A DNA stretch of 64,000 nt from an uncultured Chloroflexia bacterium (GCA_963712745.1 CAVQJC010000012.1:1-64000); one strand, 5' to 3'. Counted from the stretch's first letter, positions 37,189 to 47,788 are shown. Translations and numbers: made by a program. Notes: generated by a model not told the origin, from the sequence alone.

Positions 37189-40100
37189 CTAGCGGCGGTT
37201 GCGCACCTCTGCGAGACGCTGGTGGCGGATGATCCAGCCGGCGCTGACGATGGTCAGAGCGCTGAGCATCAGCCAGATGGCCCAGTTGAAGGGACCGCCG
37301 AAGGGCTCACCGTCGTCCGTGGCAGCCGAGAGGCTGTCGGTCACGAGCAGCATGTCCGTCGGAGGCTGGCTCTTGCCACCACCCGTGCTCTTGCCACCGC
37401 CGCCGATGAACTTGACCGTGGCATCGTCCTTGGCCTCAGCGAAGCGAGGGGTGATGCCCGGAGGCGGTACCAGCGGGTTGACGTCGGTCACCTTGATGTG
37501 GGCCGTGTCCTTGTGCGGCGTGTCGAGGTCACCCACGAGCTCCACCGTGAACTGACACTTGTGGTCCACGTTCGGTTCAACGACCGTGCCGTAGAGGCCT
37601 TCACAAGTATTGTCCTTGATGTTGGGGTTGTTGCTGTCGAGCAGGTTGTCGTCCTCGGGATCATCCCACAGCTCGTACAGGTAGATGGGCGTGCTAGTGA
37701 CCGTGTGGCTGAAGGTGAGGACGAACGTCACCTCGGTGCCGGACTCGACCGAGTCAACGACCTCCCCGTCGACGAACGGGACCTTCTTCAGCGTGATGTC
37801 GATCTCTTGCGTCGAGCGCTTCGGGACCTCGACGGCCTTTTCGTCCTTGTCGGTCGCGGTGCGCTTCTTGGCGTCCGTCACGATCACCTCGGCGGTGTTC
37901 GGATAGATGCCCGTGTCCCAATGGTCAACGGAGTAGTTGCAGGTGGCCGTGTCGCCATCGTCGCCGTAGGGCTCAAGGATGGTGCCCATCAGCCCCGGGT
38001 CGCAGGCGGCGAAGCCGTCCGCGATCCCACTCTGGGTATCGGTCAGTGTCGTGATCTCCACGGGCACGACAGACAGGTTCTGGATGGTCAGGGTGTAGTT
38101 GAACGTGCCGCCCGGCCACGGGAGACCGTTCTTGTCGACGTCCTTGATGAGGTCGACGGCGATGCGGTCGACGGTGACCTCATCGCAGATCAGATCGGGA
38201 GCATCCCCGACCTGGTCTGAGTCGACGCAAGCCTGGTTGTAGACCTGGCCGTTCTCGACGTCGGTTGGAGTGGTGGTGTAGGTAGCGGTGCATTCGATGG
38301 CCTGACCGCTGAGCAGCTTGTCCACCGGCAGCGTCACCTCGTCGGACCCGACCGTGCATGTCCACGGAAGCCCGTCGAGCAGCGAGTCGGTGATATCGAC
38401 GTCGGTGAGCGCAGCCACACCGATGTTGGTGGCGGTGATGGTGTACTCGATCTTCTCGCCAGCCTCGGCATACTGATCGGTCGAGGCTTCCTTGACGATC
38501 TTGAGCTTGGCGACCGGGGTCTCGACGTCGTCACAGACCTTGGCGGTCTCGACGCTGTCAGCACAGGCCGCGTTCAGGACCTTGCCTGGCGGGACATCCA
38601 TGTCGCCGGCCACGATGGTGTAGCTGGCGGTACAGATGATCTGGTCAGCGATGGCCAGGGTCGGCACGGGGAACGACAGCGGAGCGCCCGCGCCGTTCAG
38701 CTTGCAGACCCAGTTGTCCAGGTCACCCACGGCCGTCAGGTCGTCGGTGACATCGACCTTCGTGAGGGCGGTCTTGCCCGCGTTGGTGGCCGTGACCGTG
38801 TAGTTGATCACGTCGCCAACTGCGCTGTAGTACTCACGGTCGGCCTTCTTGACGATGGTCAGCTGTGAGCGCAGGACGGTCTCGTCGTCGCAGACCTCGT
38901 CCCGGACCTCGTCGGCGTCGGCACAAGCCTGGTTGTAGACCTGGCCGGCCTCGAGATCGGCTTCGGTGATGGAATGGGTGGCCGTGCAGATGACCGAGTC
39001 ACCCACGCCCAGCTCGACGGGCAGGTCGACCTTGTCGCCAGGTGCATCGTCGAGCACACAGCTGAAGTCGTCCAGTCCACCGGGGAACTTGTCGGTCACG
39101 TCCACATCGGTCAGCTTGGTCTGCCCGACGTTGGTGGCCGTGATGGTGTACGTGATGAGGTCGTCGACCTCGTCGTAGAACTCCGGATCAGCCGTCTTCG
39201 TGATCTTCAGGGCTGCGTGGTAGTTCGTGACCTCACAGGTGAGCTCGTCGCCCACCGCAAGCGTCACGGTGCCGTCGGCCGCACAGGCGCCCGTCCAGTC
39301 GCCAGCCACGTAGTCGGGGATGTCCATGACCTCGGAGGCGGTGTACTCGACACCGGCCTTGAGCTCGTTGGCCACGGCCCACTCGACCTCATCCTGGTCG
39401 ATGTAGGGGATGAAGTCCTCGAGCTCGCCGGGGCCGCCGACGATGGCCTTGGTGAGGGTCAGCTTGGGTGCGATGTCCTGGTTGGTGATGATGCACTCGA
39501 CGTCGTCACCCGGCTTGAGGGTGACGGTGCCCTTGAGGGCATCGGGGCAGGCGTCGTCGCCGGTGAGGGAGACGAACTCGTAGCCCTTGAGGCCGACCTC
39601 GTCGAGGACCAGGGCCTTGTTGGCCGTGTACGTGTTGGCCACGCCACTGGTGACGGGCGTGCCGTCGACGCTGATGCCGAACTGGTCAGGGGTGGCCTTG
39701 CCACCGTGGTTGTTGTCGACCTTCTTGGTGAGCGTCAGCTTCGGACCGATGTCCTGGTTGACGATGGTGCAGTCGACGTCGTCACCGGGCTGCAGGGTGA
39801 CCGTGCCCTTGAGGGCGTCCGGGCAGACCTGGTCGCCGGTGATCTCGACGAACTCGTAACCCTTGAGGCCGACCTCGTCGATGACGAGGGCCTTGTTGGC
39901 CACGTAGGTGTTCGTGGCGCCACTGGTCACAGGGGTGCCGTCGACGCTGATGCCGAACTGGTCGGGCTTGGCGTCGCCACCGTTGTTGTTGTTGACCTTC
40001 TTGGTGAGGGTCAGCTTGGGTGCGATGTCCTGGTTGGTGATGATGCACTCGACGTCGTCACCCGGCTTGAGGGTGACGGTGCCCTTGAGGGCATCGGGGC

Positions 40101-43100
40101 AGGCGTCGTCGCCGGTGAGGGAGACGAACTCGTAGCCCTTGAGGCCGACCTCGTCGAGGACGAGGGCCTTGTTGGCCGTGTACGTGTTGGCCACGCCACT
40201 GGTGACGGGCGTGCCGTCGACGCTGATGCCGAACTGGTCGGGCTTGGCGTCGCCACCGTGGTTGTTGTCGACCTTCTTGGTGAGCGTCAGCTTCGGACCG
40301 ATGTCCTGGTTGACGATGGTGCAGTCGACGTCGTCACCGGGCTGCAGGGTGACCGTGCCCTTGAGGGCGTCCGGGCAGACCTGGTCGCCGGTGATCTCGA
40401 CGAACTCGTAACCCTTGAGGCCGACCTCGTCGATGACGAGGGCCTTGTTGGCCACGTAGGTGTTCGTGGCGCCACTGGTCACAGGGGTGCCGTCGACGCT
40501 GATGCCGAACTGGTCGGGCTTGGCGTCGCCACCGTTGTTGTTGTTGACCTTCTTGGTGAGGGTCAGCTTGGGTGCGATGTCCTGGTTGGTGATGATGCAC
40601 TCGACGTCGTCACCCGGCTTGAGGGTGACGGTGCCCTTGAGGGCATCGGGGCAGGCGTCGTCGCCGGTGAGGGAGACGAACTCGTAGCCCTTGAGGCCGA
40701 CCTCGTCGAGGACGAGGGCCTTGTTGGCCGTGTACGTGTTGGCCACGCCACTGGTGACGGGCGTGCCGTCGACGCTGATGCCGAACTGGTCGGGCTTGGC
40801 GTCGCCACCGTGGTTGTTGTCGACCTTCTTGGTGAGCGTCAGCTTCGGACCGATGTCCTGGTTGACGATGGTGCAGTCGACGTCGTCACCGGGCTGCAGG
40901 GTGACCGTGCCCTTGAGGGCGTCCGGGCAGACCTGGTCGCCGGTGATCTCGACGAACTCGTAACCCTTGAGGCCGACCTCGTCGATGACGAGGGCCTTGT
41001 TGGCCACGTAGGTGTTCGTGGCGCCACTGGTCACAGGGGTGCCGTCGACGCTGATGCCGAACTGGTCGGGCTTGGCGTCGCCACCGTTGTTGTTGTTGAC
41101 CTTCTTGGTGAGGGTCAGCTTGGGTGCGATGTCCTGGTTGGTGATGATGCACTCGACGTCGTCACCCGGCTTGAGGGTGACGGTGCCCTTGAGGGCATCG
41201 GGGCAGGCGTCGTCGCCGGTGAGGGAGACGAACTCGTAGCCCTTGAGGCCGACCTCGTCGAGGACGAGGGCCTTGTTGGCCGTGTACGTGTTGGCCACGC
41301 CACTGGTGACGGGCGTGCCGTCGACGCTGATGCCGAACTGGTCGGGCTTGGCGTCGCCACCGTGGTTGTTGTCGACCTTCTTGGTGAGCGTCAGCTTCGG
41401 ACCGATGTCCTGGTTGACGATGGTGCAGTCGACGTCGTCACCGGGCTGCAGGGTGACCGTGCCCTTGAGGGCGTCCGGGCAGACCTGGTCGCCGGTGATC
41501 TCGACGAACTCGTAACCCTTGAGGCCGACCTCGTCGATGACGAGGGCCTTGTTGGCCACGTAGGTGTTCGTGGCGCCACTGGTCACAGGGGTGCCGTCGA
41601 CGCTGATGCCGAACTGGTCGGGCTTGGCGTCGCCACCGTTGTTGTTGTTGACCTTCTTGGTGAGGGTCAGCTTGGGTGCGATGTCCTGGTTGGTGATGAT
41701 GCACTCGACGTCGTCACCCGGCTTGAGGGTGACGGTGCCCTTGAGGGCATCGGGGCAGGCGTCGTCGCCGGTGAGGGAGACGAACTCGTAGCCCTTGAGG
41801 CCGACCTCGTCGAGGACGAGGGCCTTGTTGGCCGTGTACGTGTTGGCCACGCCACTGGTGACGGGCGTGCCGTCGACGCTGATGCCGAACTGGTCAGGGG
41901 TGGCCTTGCCACCGTGGTTGTTGTCGACCTTCTTGGTGAGCGTCAGCTTGCCTTCGGTGGGCTCGTTGCGGAAGGTGCAGGTGATGACGTCGTTGTTGCC
42001 GAGCGTCAGCTTGACGCCGTTGTCTGCCGCGTTGTTGTCGACGGTGACATTCGCGCCCTGGTTGGTCACGCACTTGGCGTTCTTATCGCCGGCCCAGGTG
42101 ACGAGCGACCAGCCGTTGCCGAGCCGGGCGTCCGTCTCCTTGACGGTGGCTGTGACGTCGCCCGTAAGGGCGAAGTTGAAGTTGACGGCGCCGCCGCCGT
42201 TGGTCTTGCCGTTGGCCGGTTCGGAGGTGATCGCCACGGCCGGGTTAGAGGAGGCCTCGTACTGCCAGCCTGATTCGGGTGTCCAACCACCCTTGCCGTC
42301 AGGGACTTCCTTGACGACGGTGATCGAACCGCCACAGAGCTCCAGAGCGATCTTCTTCAGTGCCTGGCCAAGCTCGTCCCAGTCGCCGACTGCGTAGGCG
42401 TCGCCGGGGCCGGACACGAGCACAAGGTTCGTCGGATTGCTGACGGCCTGGCCCACACCGATCGCGAGGATCGTGGGCTTGCTGGGCAACGCCTTGAGCG
42501 AGTTGGCGGACAGGATGCCGGCCTCGACGTCAGCGAGGTGGACGGTGCCACCCTCGTAGTTCTGGCTGTCACCGTAGGTCGTCGGATTGCCGTCAGAGAC
42601 CTTGACGACGACCTGGGCATCCGGGGCCAGCGCCGCGACCGTGCGGAAGGCGCTGTCCCAGTTGGTGCCGCCGTCGGGATTGTTGACCTTGTCGATGTCC
42701 TGGTGGACGGCGGTAGTGCTGCTCAGCACGCTGTCCCAGGAGCCATCTGACTCCTCGCGGCCAAGCCAACTGAAGCTGAAGACACGGAACTCCGTGGGCG
42801 TGCCCTTGAACACGTCGACGAAGTCCTTGGCGGCACTCCGCAGGGTTCCGTTCTCTTCGCTCGTGGAACCGGACTCGTCCAGCAGGAGCGCGATCTTCAG
42901 GCCGCACGCCTTCGGGACGGTGTTGTTGTCCTTGCGGTTGACGAAGACCGGCGTCGTCGTGGTCTGGCCCGACTGGACGACGGCATCGTAGTGATACGTT
43001 TGGTTGCTCTGGTTCGTGTTCGAGCCGCTGCCATAGGCAATGGCCGGAATGATGTTCCAGCCGCTTGGCGCGGTCTTCTCCGTGACCGTGTAGGTATCGG

Positions 43101-44457
43101 GATCGAGGTTCACAGAGACCTGGCCACCGACCGTCTGGCCGGTCGTGGTGGTCGAACCGTTCTTGACCTCGAAGGTAGCGCCATCGAGCGGCTTGGCGAT
43201 GTTGGTCCGGCTGGTGCCGTTCCTGTAACCACCCTTCCTGACTACGAGTTGACCCTGCTCGACGGCGGCCGGGGCGACTCGCGTGGCCTTCGTCGCCTTG
43301 GGCGCTGCGGGTGCTTCGACGATGGGCTCTTCGGTCGCCTCAGGCTGGGCGAGGGCATCTGCGAGCGGGTCGACGACGCACTCGCCGGTGATCAGATCGA
43401 TGATGCAGTCGTTGGCCGGCTCTTCGGCGACCGGCTTCCCTTCGGCCGGGGCCTCGGTGGGCTCCTCGACCACGGTGTCTTCGGCCGGGGCCTCGGTGGG
43501 CTCCTCGACCACGGTGTCTTCGGCCGGGGCCTCGGTGGGCTCCTCGACCACGATGTCTTCGGCCGGGGCCTCGGTGGGCTCCTCGACCACGATGTCTTCG
43601 GCCGGGGCCTCGGTGGGCTCCTCGACCACGATGTCTTCGGCCGGGGCCTCGGTGGGCTCCTCGACCACGATGTCTTCGGCCGGGGCCTCGGTGGGCTCCT
43701 CGACCACGATGTCTTCGGCCGGGGCCTCGGTGGGCTCCTCGACCTTGGGCAGCTCGACCTTGGGCAGCTCGACCTGGGGCAGGTCGCTGACGACCAGCTC
43801 GTCAACGGCCGGAGCGACCGCAGTCTCGGCTGCGCGGATCTTGATCTTGATCTTGGCCTTCATATCGCCGCGCTTGGCGATGAGGCGGGTGCGGCCGGGC
43901 TCGTCGCCGGCGAAGACGCGGATCTTCTTGGCCTTGTCCTTGGAGGCCCGCGCGACGGACTCGTCACGCATGATCCAGTCGACATTCACGACCTTGCAGA
44001 GGTCATCGGCGCTGGGCTTGCTGTCGGCGCCAAAGGGAGAGGCATCCCCGGCGGGACATTCGTAGGCACGGACCTTCTTCTTGACCCCGCCCACCTCAAG
44101 CTTGATGACCTTGGGGTGGATGACGAGCACCATCTCGGGCTCGACCGGCTCAGCCTTGGGCTCGACCTTGAGCGGCTCGAGGGCCGGTGCGGCCTTCTTG
44201 GGCTCAGCCGTCCTGGGCGCGGGCTCGGACTTCTCGGCCTTCTTGACCGTGGGTCCGGGCTCCTCTGGTTCAGCTGGTTGCTCCGGCGCCGGATCGGACT
44301 GCTGCTCGGCAGCGGCCGGGTCGTGGGATGCAAGTGCATCCTCTTGGGCCAGTACCGACAACGGCGCAAAGACCAGCGTTGTCAGCAATAGGATCGCCTG
44401 CAGCACAGCCAGCAAGGCCATGCGCGAACGACCCCCACGGTTCGTGGACGAATACAT
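37189..44457 (-). CDS. Giant surface adhesin-like protein (2422 aa): signal peptide, acidic repeats, vWA domain, SpaA/prealbumin-like repeats, DUF11/DUF7507-like repeats, C-terminal anchor
   Basis: MIDAS motif LLLDESGS, GGTNW, SDGNP; KLTLTKKV...CxITN repeats; ITYTITATNVG...LTDVDVTD repeats; QPPTD + TM + basic tail. Confidence 0.92.
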   Translation of the reverse strand: MYSSTNRGGRSRMALLAVLQAILLLTTLVFAPLSVLAQEDALASHDPAAAEQQSDPAPEQPAEPEEPGPTVKKAEKSEPAPRTAEPKKAAPALEPLKVEPKAEPVEPEMVLVIHPKVIKLEVGGVKKKVRAYECPAGDASPFGADSKPSADDLCKVVNVDWIMRDESVARASKDKAKKIRVFAGDEPGRTRLIAKRGDMKAKIKIKIRAAETAVAPAVDELVVSDLPQVELPKVELPKVEEPTEAPAEDIVVEEPTEAPAEDIVVEEPTEAPAEDIVVEEPTEAPAEDIVVEEPTEAPAEDIVVEEPTEAPAEDTVVEEPTEAPAEDTVVEEPTEAPAEGKPVAEEPANDCIIDLITGECVVDPLADALAQPEATEEPIVEAPAAPKATKATRVAPAAVEQGQLVVRKGGYRNGTSRTNIAKPLDGATFEVKNGSTTTTGQTVGGQVSVNLDPDTYTVTEKTAPSGWNIIPAIAYGSGSNTNQSNQTYHYDAVVQSGQTTTTPVFVNRKDNNTVPKACGLKIALLLDESGSTSEENGTLRSAAKDFVDVFKGTPTEFRVFSFSWLGREESDGSWDSVLSSTTAVHQDIDKVNNPDGGTNWDSAFRTVAALAPDAQVVVKVSDGNPTTYGDSQNYEGGTVHLADVEAGILSANSLKALPSKPTILAIGVGQAVSNPTNLVLVSGPGDAYAVGDWDELGQALKKIALELCGGSITVVKEVPDGKGGWTPESGWQYEASSNPAVAITSEPANGKTNGGGAVNFNFALTGDVTATVKETDARLGNGWSLVTWAGDKNAKCVTNQGANVTVDNNAADNGVKLTLGNNDVITCTFRNEPTEGKLTLTKKVDNNHGGKATPDQFGISVDGTPVTSGVANTYTANKALVLDEVGLKGYEFVSLTGDDACPDALKGTVTLKPGDDVECIITNQDIAPKLTLTKKVNNNNGGDAKPDQFGISVDGTPVTSGATNTYVANKALVIDEVGLKGYEFVEITGDQVCPDALKGTVTLQPGDDVDCTIVNQDIGPKLTLTKKVDNNHGGDAKPDQFGISVDGTPVTSGVANTYTANKALVLDEVGLKGYEFVSLTGDDACPDALKGTVTLKPGDDVECIITNQDIAPKLTLTKKVNNNNGGDAKPDQFGISVDGTPVTSGATNTYVANKALVIDEVGLKGYEFVEITGDQVCPDALKGTVTLQPGDDVDCTIVNQDIGPKLTLTKKVDNNHGGDAKPDQFGISVDGTPVTSGVANTYTANKALVLDEVGLKGYEFVSLTGDDACPDALKGTVTLKPGDDVECIITNQDIAPKLTLTKKVNNNNGGDAKPDQFGISVDGTPVTSGATNTYVANKALVIDEVGLKGYEFVEITGDQVCPDALKGTVTLQPGDDVDCTIVNQDIGPKLTLTKKVDNNHGGDAKPDQFGISVDGTPVTSGVANTYTANKALVLDEVGLKGYEFVSLTGDDACPDALKGTVTLKPGDDVECIITNQDIAPKLTLTKKVNNNNGGDAKPDQFGISVDGTPVTSGATNTYVANKALVIDEVGLKGYEFVEITGDQVCPDALKGTVTLQPGDDVDCTIVNQDIGPKLTLTKKVDNNHGGKATPDQFGISVDGTPVTSGVANTYTANKALVLDEVGLKGYEFVSLTGDDACPDALKGTVTLKPGDDVECIITNQDIAPKLTLTKAIVGGPGELEDFIPYIDQDEVEWAVANELKAGVEYTASEVMDIPDYVAGDWTGACAADGTVTLAVGDELTCEVTNYHAALKITKTADPEFYDEVDDLITYTITATNVGQTKLTDVDVTDKFPGGLDDFSCVLDDAPGDKVDLPVELGVGDSVICTATHSITEADLEAGQVYNQACADADEVRDEVCDDETVLRSQLTIVKKADREYYSAVGDVINYTVTATNAGKTALTKVDVTDDLTAVGDLDNWVCKLNGAGAPLSFPVPTLAIADQIICTASYTIVAGDMDVPPGKVLNAACADSVETAKVCDDVETPVAKLKIVKEASTDQYAEAGEKIEYTITATNIGVAALTDVDITDSLLDGLPWTCTVGSDEVTLPVDKLLSGQAIECTATYTTTPTDVENGQVYNQACVDSDQVGDAPDLICDEVTVDRIAVDLIKDVDKNGLPWPGGTFNYTLTIQNLSVVPVEITTLTDTQSGIADGFAACDPGLMGTILEPYGDDGDTATCNYSVDHWDTGIYPNTAEVIVTDAKKRTATDKDEKAVEVPKRSTQEIDITLKKVPFVDGEVVDSVESGTEVTFVLTFSHTVTSTPIYLYELWDDPEDDNLLDSNNPNIKDNTCEGLYGTVVEPNVDHKCQFTVELVGDLDTPHKDTAHIKVTDVNPLVPPPGITPRFAEAKDDATVKFIGGGGKSTGGGKSQPPTDMLLVTDSLSAATDDGEPFGGPFNWAIWLMLSALTIVSAGWIIRHQRLAEVRNRR
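39467..41950. repeat. Nine 276-bp coding repeats alternating A/B (552-bp period)
   Basis: Near-identical DNA; the shadow ORFs in the track recur every 552 bp. Confidence 0.95.
43441..43743. repeat. Eight 39-bp coding repeats (VEEPTEAPAED[I/T]V)
   Basis: Seen directly in DNA and protein. Confidence 0.95.
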
Positions 44458-44885
44458 CGATGCCTCTCCTTCTCGGGCTAGGGACCTGCCCGGCGCCAGA
44501 CCATTGGCCTGACCGATGAATGCGCTCCGCTTGTTCTGACCCGGAGCTGCTGCAGTTGGCGACCGATAGGCTCGGAACGGTCGCCGACCGCAGGAGAGTC
44601 AGTCTCAGGTCCGGGTTACTTATTGACAAGTGGTCCCAGGACCTTCGGGCTAGAAACGGTGACCGACGGCAACGTCAAGCCCGCACAAGACCTCACGGGA
44701 CCACACGTCTGCACAGCGGACCACCCTGTTCCCCCCGATCCTGCATAGGGGTCACCCGGACCCGTCGCCACCGCCAGCACCAGCCCGGGCCAGCCCGGGG
44801 GCCCGATCAGCCGAAAGTACTACCCGCCACCGCGCGCGTTCGCCATCGACATCCTCGTCGTCCAGACACGTAGCATGGATGCGCA

Positions 44886-46478
44886 ATGCGCCGAATCGCC
44901 ACCCTCTCACTCGCGCTGCTGGCCATGGCCACGCTGGCCATGCCTGCCCATGGCGCCGACTACCCCGCCAAGGACAGCGGCTACCACTCCTACAAGGAGA
45001 TGGTCAGGCACATCAGGTCCGTCGCCGCCAAGTACCCCAACATCGTGCGTGTCTTCTCCATCGGCCTGAGCCACGAAGGCCGCAAGTTGTGGGCGGCGGA
45101 GGTGAGCGACAAGGTGGGCAAGGATGAGGGCGAACCCGAGGTCCTCTTCGACGGGCTGCACCACGCGCGGGAGCATCTGAGCGCCGAGATGCCCATCTAC
45201 ATCCTCGACCTGCTCACGAAGCAGTACGGCAAGTCCTCCGACTTGGGCCGACGCGTCACCAGGCTGGTCGATACGCGGCGGACCTGGCTCGTGTTCATGG
45301 TCAACCCCGACGGCCTGCAGTACGACCTGACCGGCGCTCCCTACCGCCACTGGCGCAAGAATCGCCAGCCGACGTCGGGTTCGGGCAATGTCGGCACGGA
45401 TCTCAACCGAAACTATGGGTACAGGTTCGGCTGCTGCGGGGGCTCGTCGGGCGATCCGGCAGCCTGGGACTACCGCGGGCCGCGCGCCTGGTCCGCACCC
45501 GAGACCCGCGCCCTGCGCGGCTTCATCGAGGGCCGGCGGATCGGTGGCCAACAGCGGATCCGCGCACACATCACCTTCCACACCGCCGGCGAACTGGTGC
45601 TCTGGCCCTATGCCTACACCCGGACCGGCCTGCCCTCGGACATGACCGACCTCGATCTGCGCACGTTCCGGGCACTGGGCAAGGCCATGGCCAAGCGGAG
45701 TGGGTACACGCCGATGCAGTCGAGCGCGCTGTATCGAAGCGACGGCGACATGATCGACTGGACGTACTCGCAACAGCGCATCTTCTCGTTTACGGTCGAG
45801 CTGTACCCGACGGGCGGGAACACGCCCCAGAACCACTACCCGCCCGACGACATCATCAGCCGCGAGACCAAGCGGAACCGCGAGATGGTCCTGTACCTCA
45901 TCAAGAAGGCTTCATGTCCCTATGCCGTCCTCGGTGCGACCGAGGCCCGGGTCAACTGCGGACCCTTCTTCGATGACCTTGAGGTGTGGCGGGGGTGGCG
46001 CGCCGACCCCCAGGGCACCGACAGCGCCTCCGACGGCACCTGGCAGCGCGGCGACCCGCAGGGCGATGTCCTGCAGCTGGGCTCGGCCGTGTCCGGGCGG
46101 TCGGCCCTGGTTACCGGCCGCAAGGCGGGTCACGACGTGGACGGTGGTCGCACCAGCGTTCGTTCCCCGCTGTTCACGCTGCCGACCGGCCGGAAGGCCA
46201 CGCTGAAGCTGCGCTACTGGGTGGGCCTGTCCAAAGGCGCCGGCGACGACGACGGATTCGCCATCTACCTGGTGGGCAAGGACGGCAAGCGACTGAGCCG
46301 GCTGCTGGAGGTCTCGGGCACGGGCCGGAAGCGGACGCCGGCCTGGAAACGCCTTCAGAGGACGCTGCCCAAGAGCCTGCGGGGCAAGCGCGTGGCTATC
46401 GAGCTGGCGGCCTACGACAAGGGCAAAGGCGCCATCGTCGAGGCCGGCGTCGACCAGGTCCGCGTGTATCTCGACTGA
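44886..46478 (+). CDS. Secreted M14 zinc carboxypeptidase (carboxypeptidase T-like) with C-terminal domain
   Basis: HHARE, NPDG, WRKNR, DLNRN, FHT, FTVEL. Confidence 0.93.
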   Translation: MRRIATLSLALLAMATLAMPAHGADYPAKDSGYHSYKEMVRHIRSVAAKYPNIVRVFSIGLSHEGRKLWAAEVSDKVGKDEGEPEVLFDGLHHAREHLSAEMPIYILDLLTKQYGKSSDLGRRVTRLVDTRRTWLVFMVNPDGLQYDLTGAPYRHWRKNRQPTSGSGNVGTDLNRNYGYRFGCCGGSSGDPAAWDYRGPRAWSAPETRALRGFIEGRRIGGQQRIRAHITFHTAGELVLWPYAYTRTGLPSDMTDLDLRTFRALGKAMAKRSGYTPMQSSALYRSDGDMIDWTYSQQRIFSFTVELYPTGGNTPQNHYPPDDIISRETKRNREMVLYLIKKASCPYAVLGATEARVNCGPFFDDLEVWRGWRADPQGTDSASDGTWQRGDPQGDVLQLGSAVSGRSALVTGRKAGHDVDGGRTSVRSPLFTLPTGRKATLKLRYWVGLSKGAGDDDGFAIYLVGKDGKRLSRLLEVSGTGRKRTPAWKRLQRTLPKSLRGKRVAIELAAYDKGKGAIVEAGVDQVRVYLD

Positions 46479-46672
46479 GTCGAGCGCCGGCGCAGGGCTG
46501 CCCCGCCGGGAATCGTGGTGGCCAGCGGGCGCCGCCAGCGGGGACGGCTTCCACCCGCTGCGGGAACCCGCTACGATGCCTGTAGTGCCCGTCCCGCGGT
46601 GTGGCGCTGGACGGTTCAGACCCGTCTTGGGGGGCGACGTTTTCATGCGCCCCTGGACCGAAGGAGGAATGC

Positions 46673-47758
46673 ATGCGCAGGTTCACTACCGCATCCTTGG
46701 CGCTCACGCTCGCCGCCACCAGTGCCTTCGCCGGCGCTGCCGCTGTCATGGCCCAGGATGGCTCTGACCTCAAGATCGGCCTCGTCACCGACGTCGGAAC
46801 GATCAACGACCGTAACTTCAACCAGTTCTCCTGGGAGGGCACGCTCGCCGGCGCGGAGGCCGTAGGCGCGCCCGAGCCGCAGTACGCCATCAGCCAGGCG
46901 TCCGCCGACATCGCGCCCAACATCCAGGCGTTCGTCGACCAGGGCTACGACATCGTCGTGACCGTCGGCAACGCCGCCGGCGACGACACGCTGGCAGCCG
47001 CCGAAGCCAACCCCGACACCTGGTTCGTAGGTGTCGACCAGGCCCCGCCCGAGGGCGTGGAGAACTACATCGGTCTCCAGTGGCTCGAGGATCAGCCCGG
47101 GTATCTGGCCGGCGTCGTGGCGGCATCGATCAGCGAGACGGGCCACGTCGCCGCGATCGGCGGCACCGCCGTCATCCCCGCCGTGGTCAACTACATCGAG
47201 GGCTACGCCAACGGCGCACGCTCGGTCAACCCCGACGCCGAGGTCATGGTCGCCTACGTCTCCGAGGCAGCGGACGCGACGGCCTTCGCTGACCCGGCCG
47301 GTGGCACCACCTTCACCCAGCAGCTGCTGGCGCAGGACCCCGACATCGACGTCGTGTTCCAGGTCGCCGGCCTCACCGGCAACGGCGTGCTGCAGGCCGC
47401 CTGCGACGCGAACATCAAGGCCATCGGCGTCGACGTCGACCAGTACCTCTCCACCCCTGAGACGGCGCAGTGCACCATCACCAGCGCTGAGAAGAAGCTC
47501 ACGAACAGCGTGAACAGCGCTATCGTCGGCATCGTCAGTGGCAACCCCGGTGCCGACGGCACCCCCAGCGTCGGCAGGAACATCCTTGGCATCGACACCC
47601 AGGACGTGGGCCTGGCCCCGTTCCACGAGTTCGAGGACCTCATCAGCGATGAGACCCGCGCGGCCATCGCCGCTGCTGAAGCCGGCCTCGCCGACGGGTC
47701 GCTCACGGCCTGCGAGCAGGACGAGACCACCGGGTACTGCGCGCAGACGCTGCCCTAA
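46673..47758 (+). CDS. BMP/PnrA-family ABC substrate-binding protein (nucleoside-type)
   Basis: DRNFNQ..WEG, GYLAG, VFQVAGLTGNG, AIGVDVDQ, TSAEK. Confidence 0.92.
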   Translation: MRRFTTASLALTLAATSAFAGAAAVMAQDGSDLKIGLVTDVGTINDRNFNQFSWEGTLAGAEAVGAPEPQYAISQASADIAPNIQAFVDQGYDIVVTVGNAAGDDTLAAAEANPDTWFVGVDQAPPEGVENYIGLQWLEDQPGYLAGVVAASISETGHVAAIGGTAVIPAVVNYIEGYANGARSVNPDAEVMVAYVSEAADATAFADPAGGTTFTQQLLAQDPDIDVVFQVAGLTGNGVLQAACDANIKAIGVDVDQYLSTPETAQCTITSAEKKLTNSVNSAIVGIVSGNPGADGTPSVGRNILGIDTQDVGLAPFHEFEDLISDETRAAIAAAEAGLADGSLTACEQDETTGYCAQTLP

Positions 47759-47788
47759 CCCAAGCGCAAGTCAACCGCTAGCGAGTTC

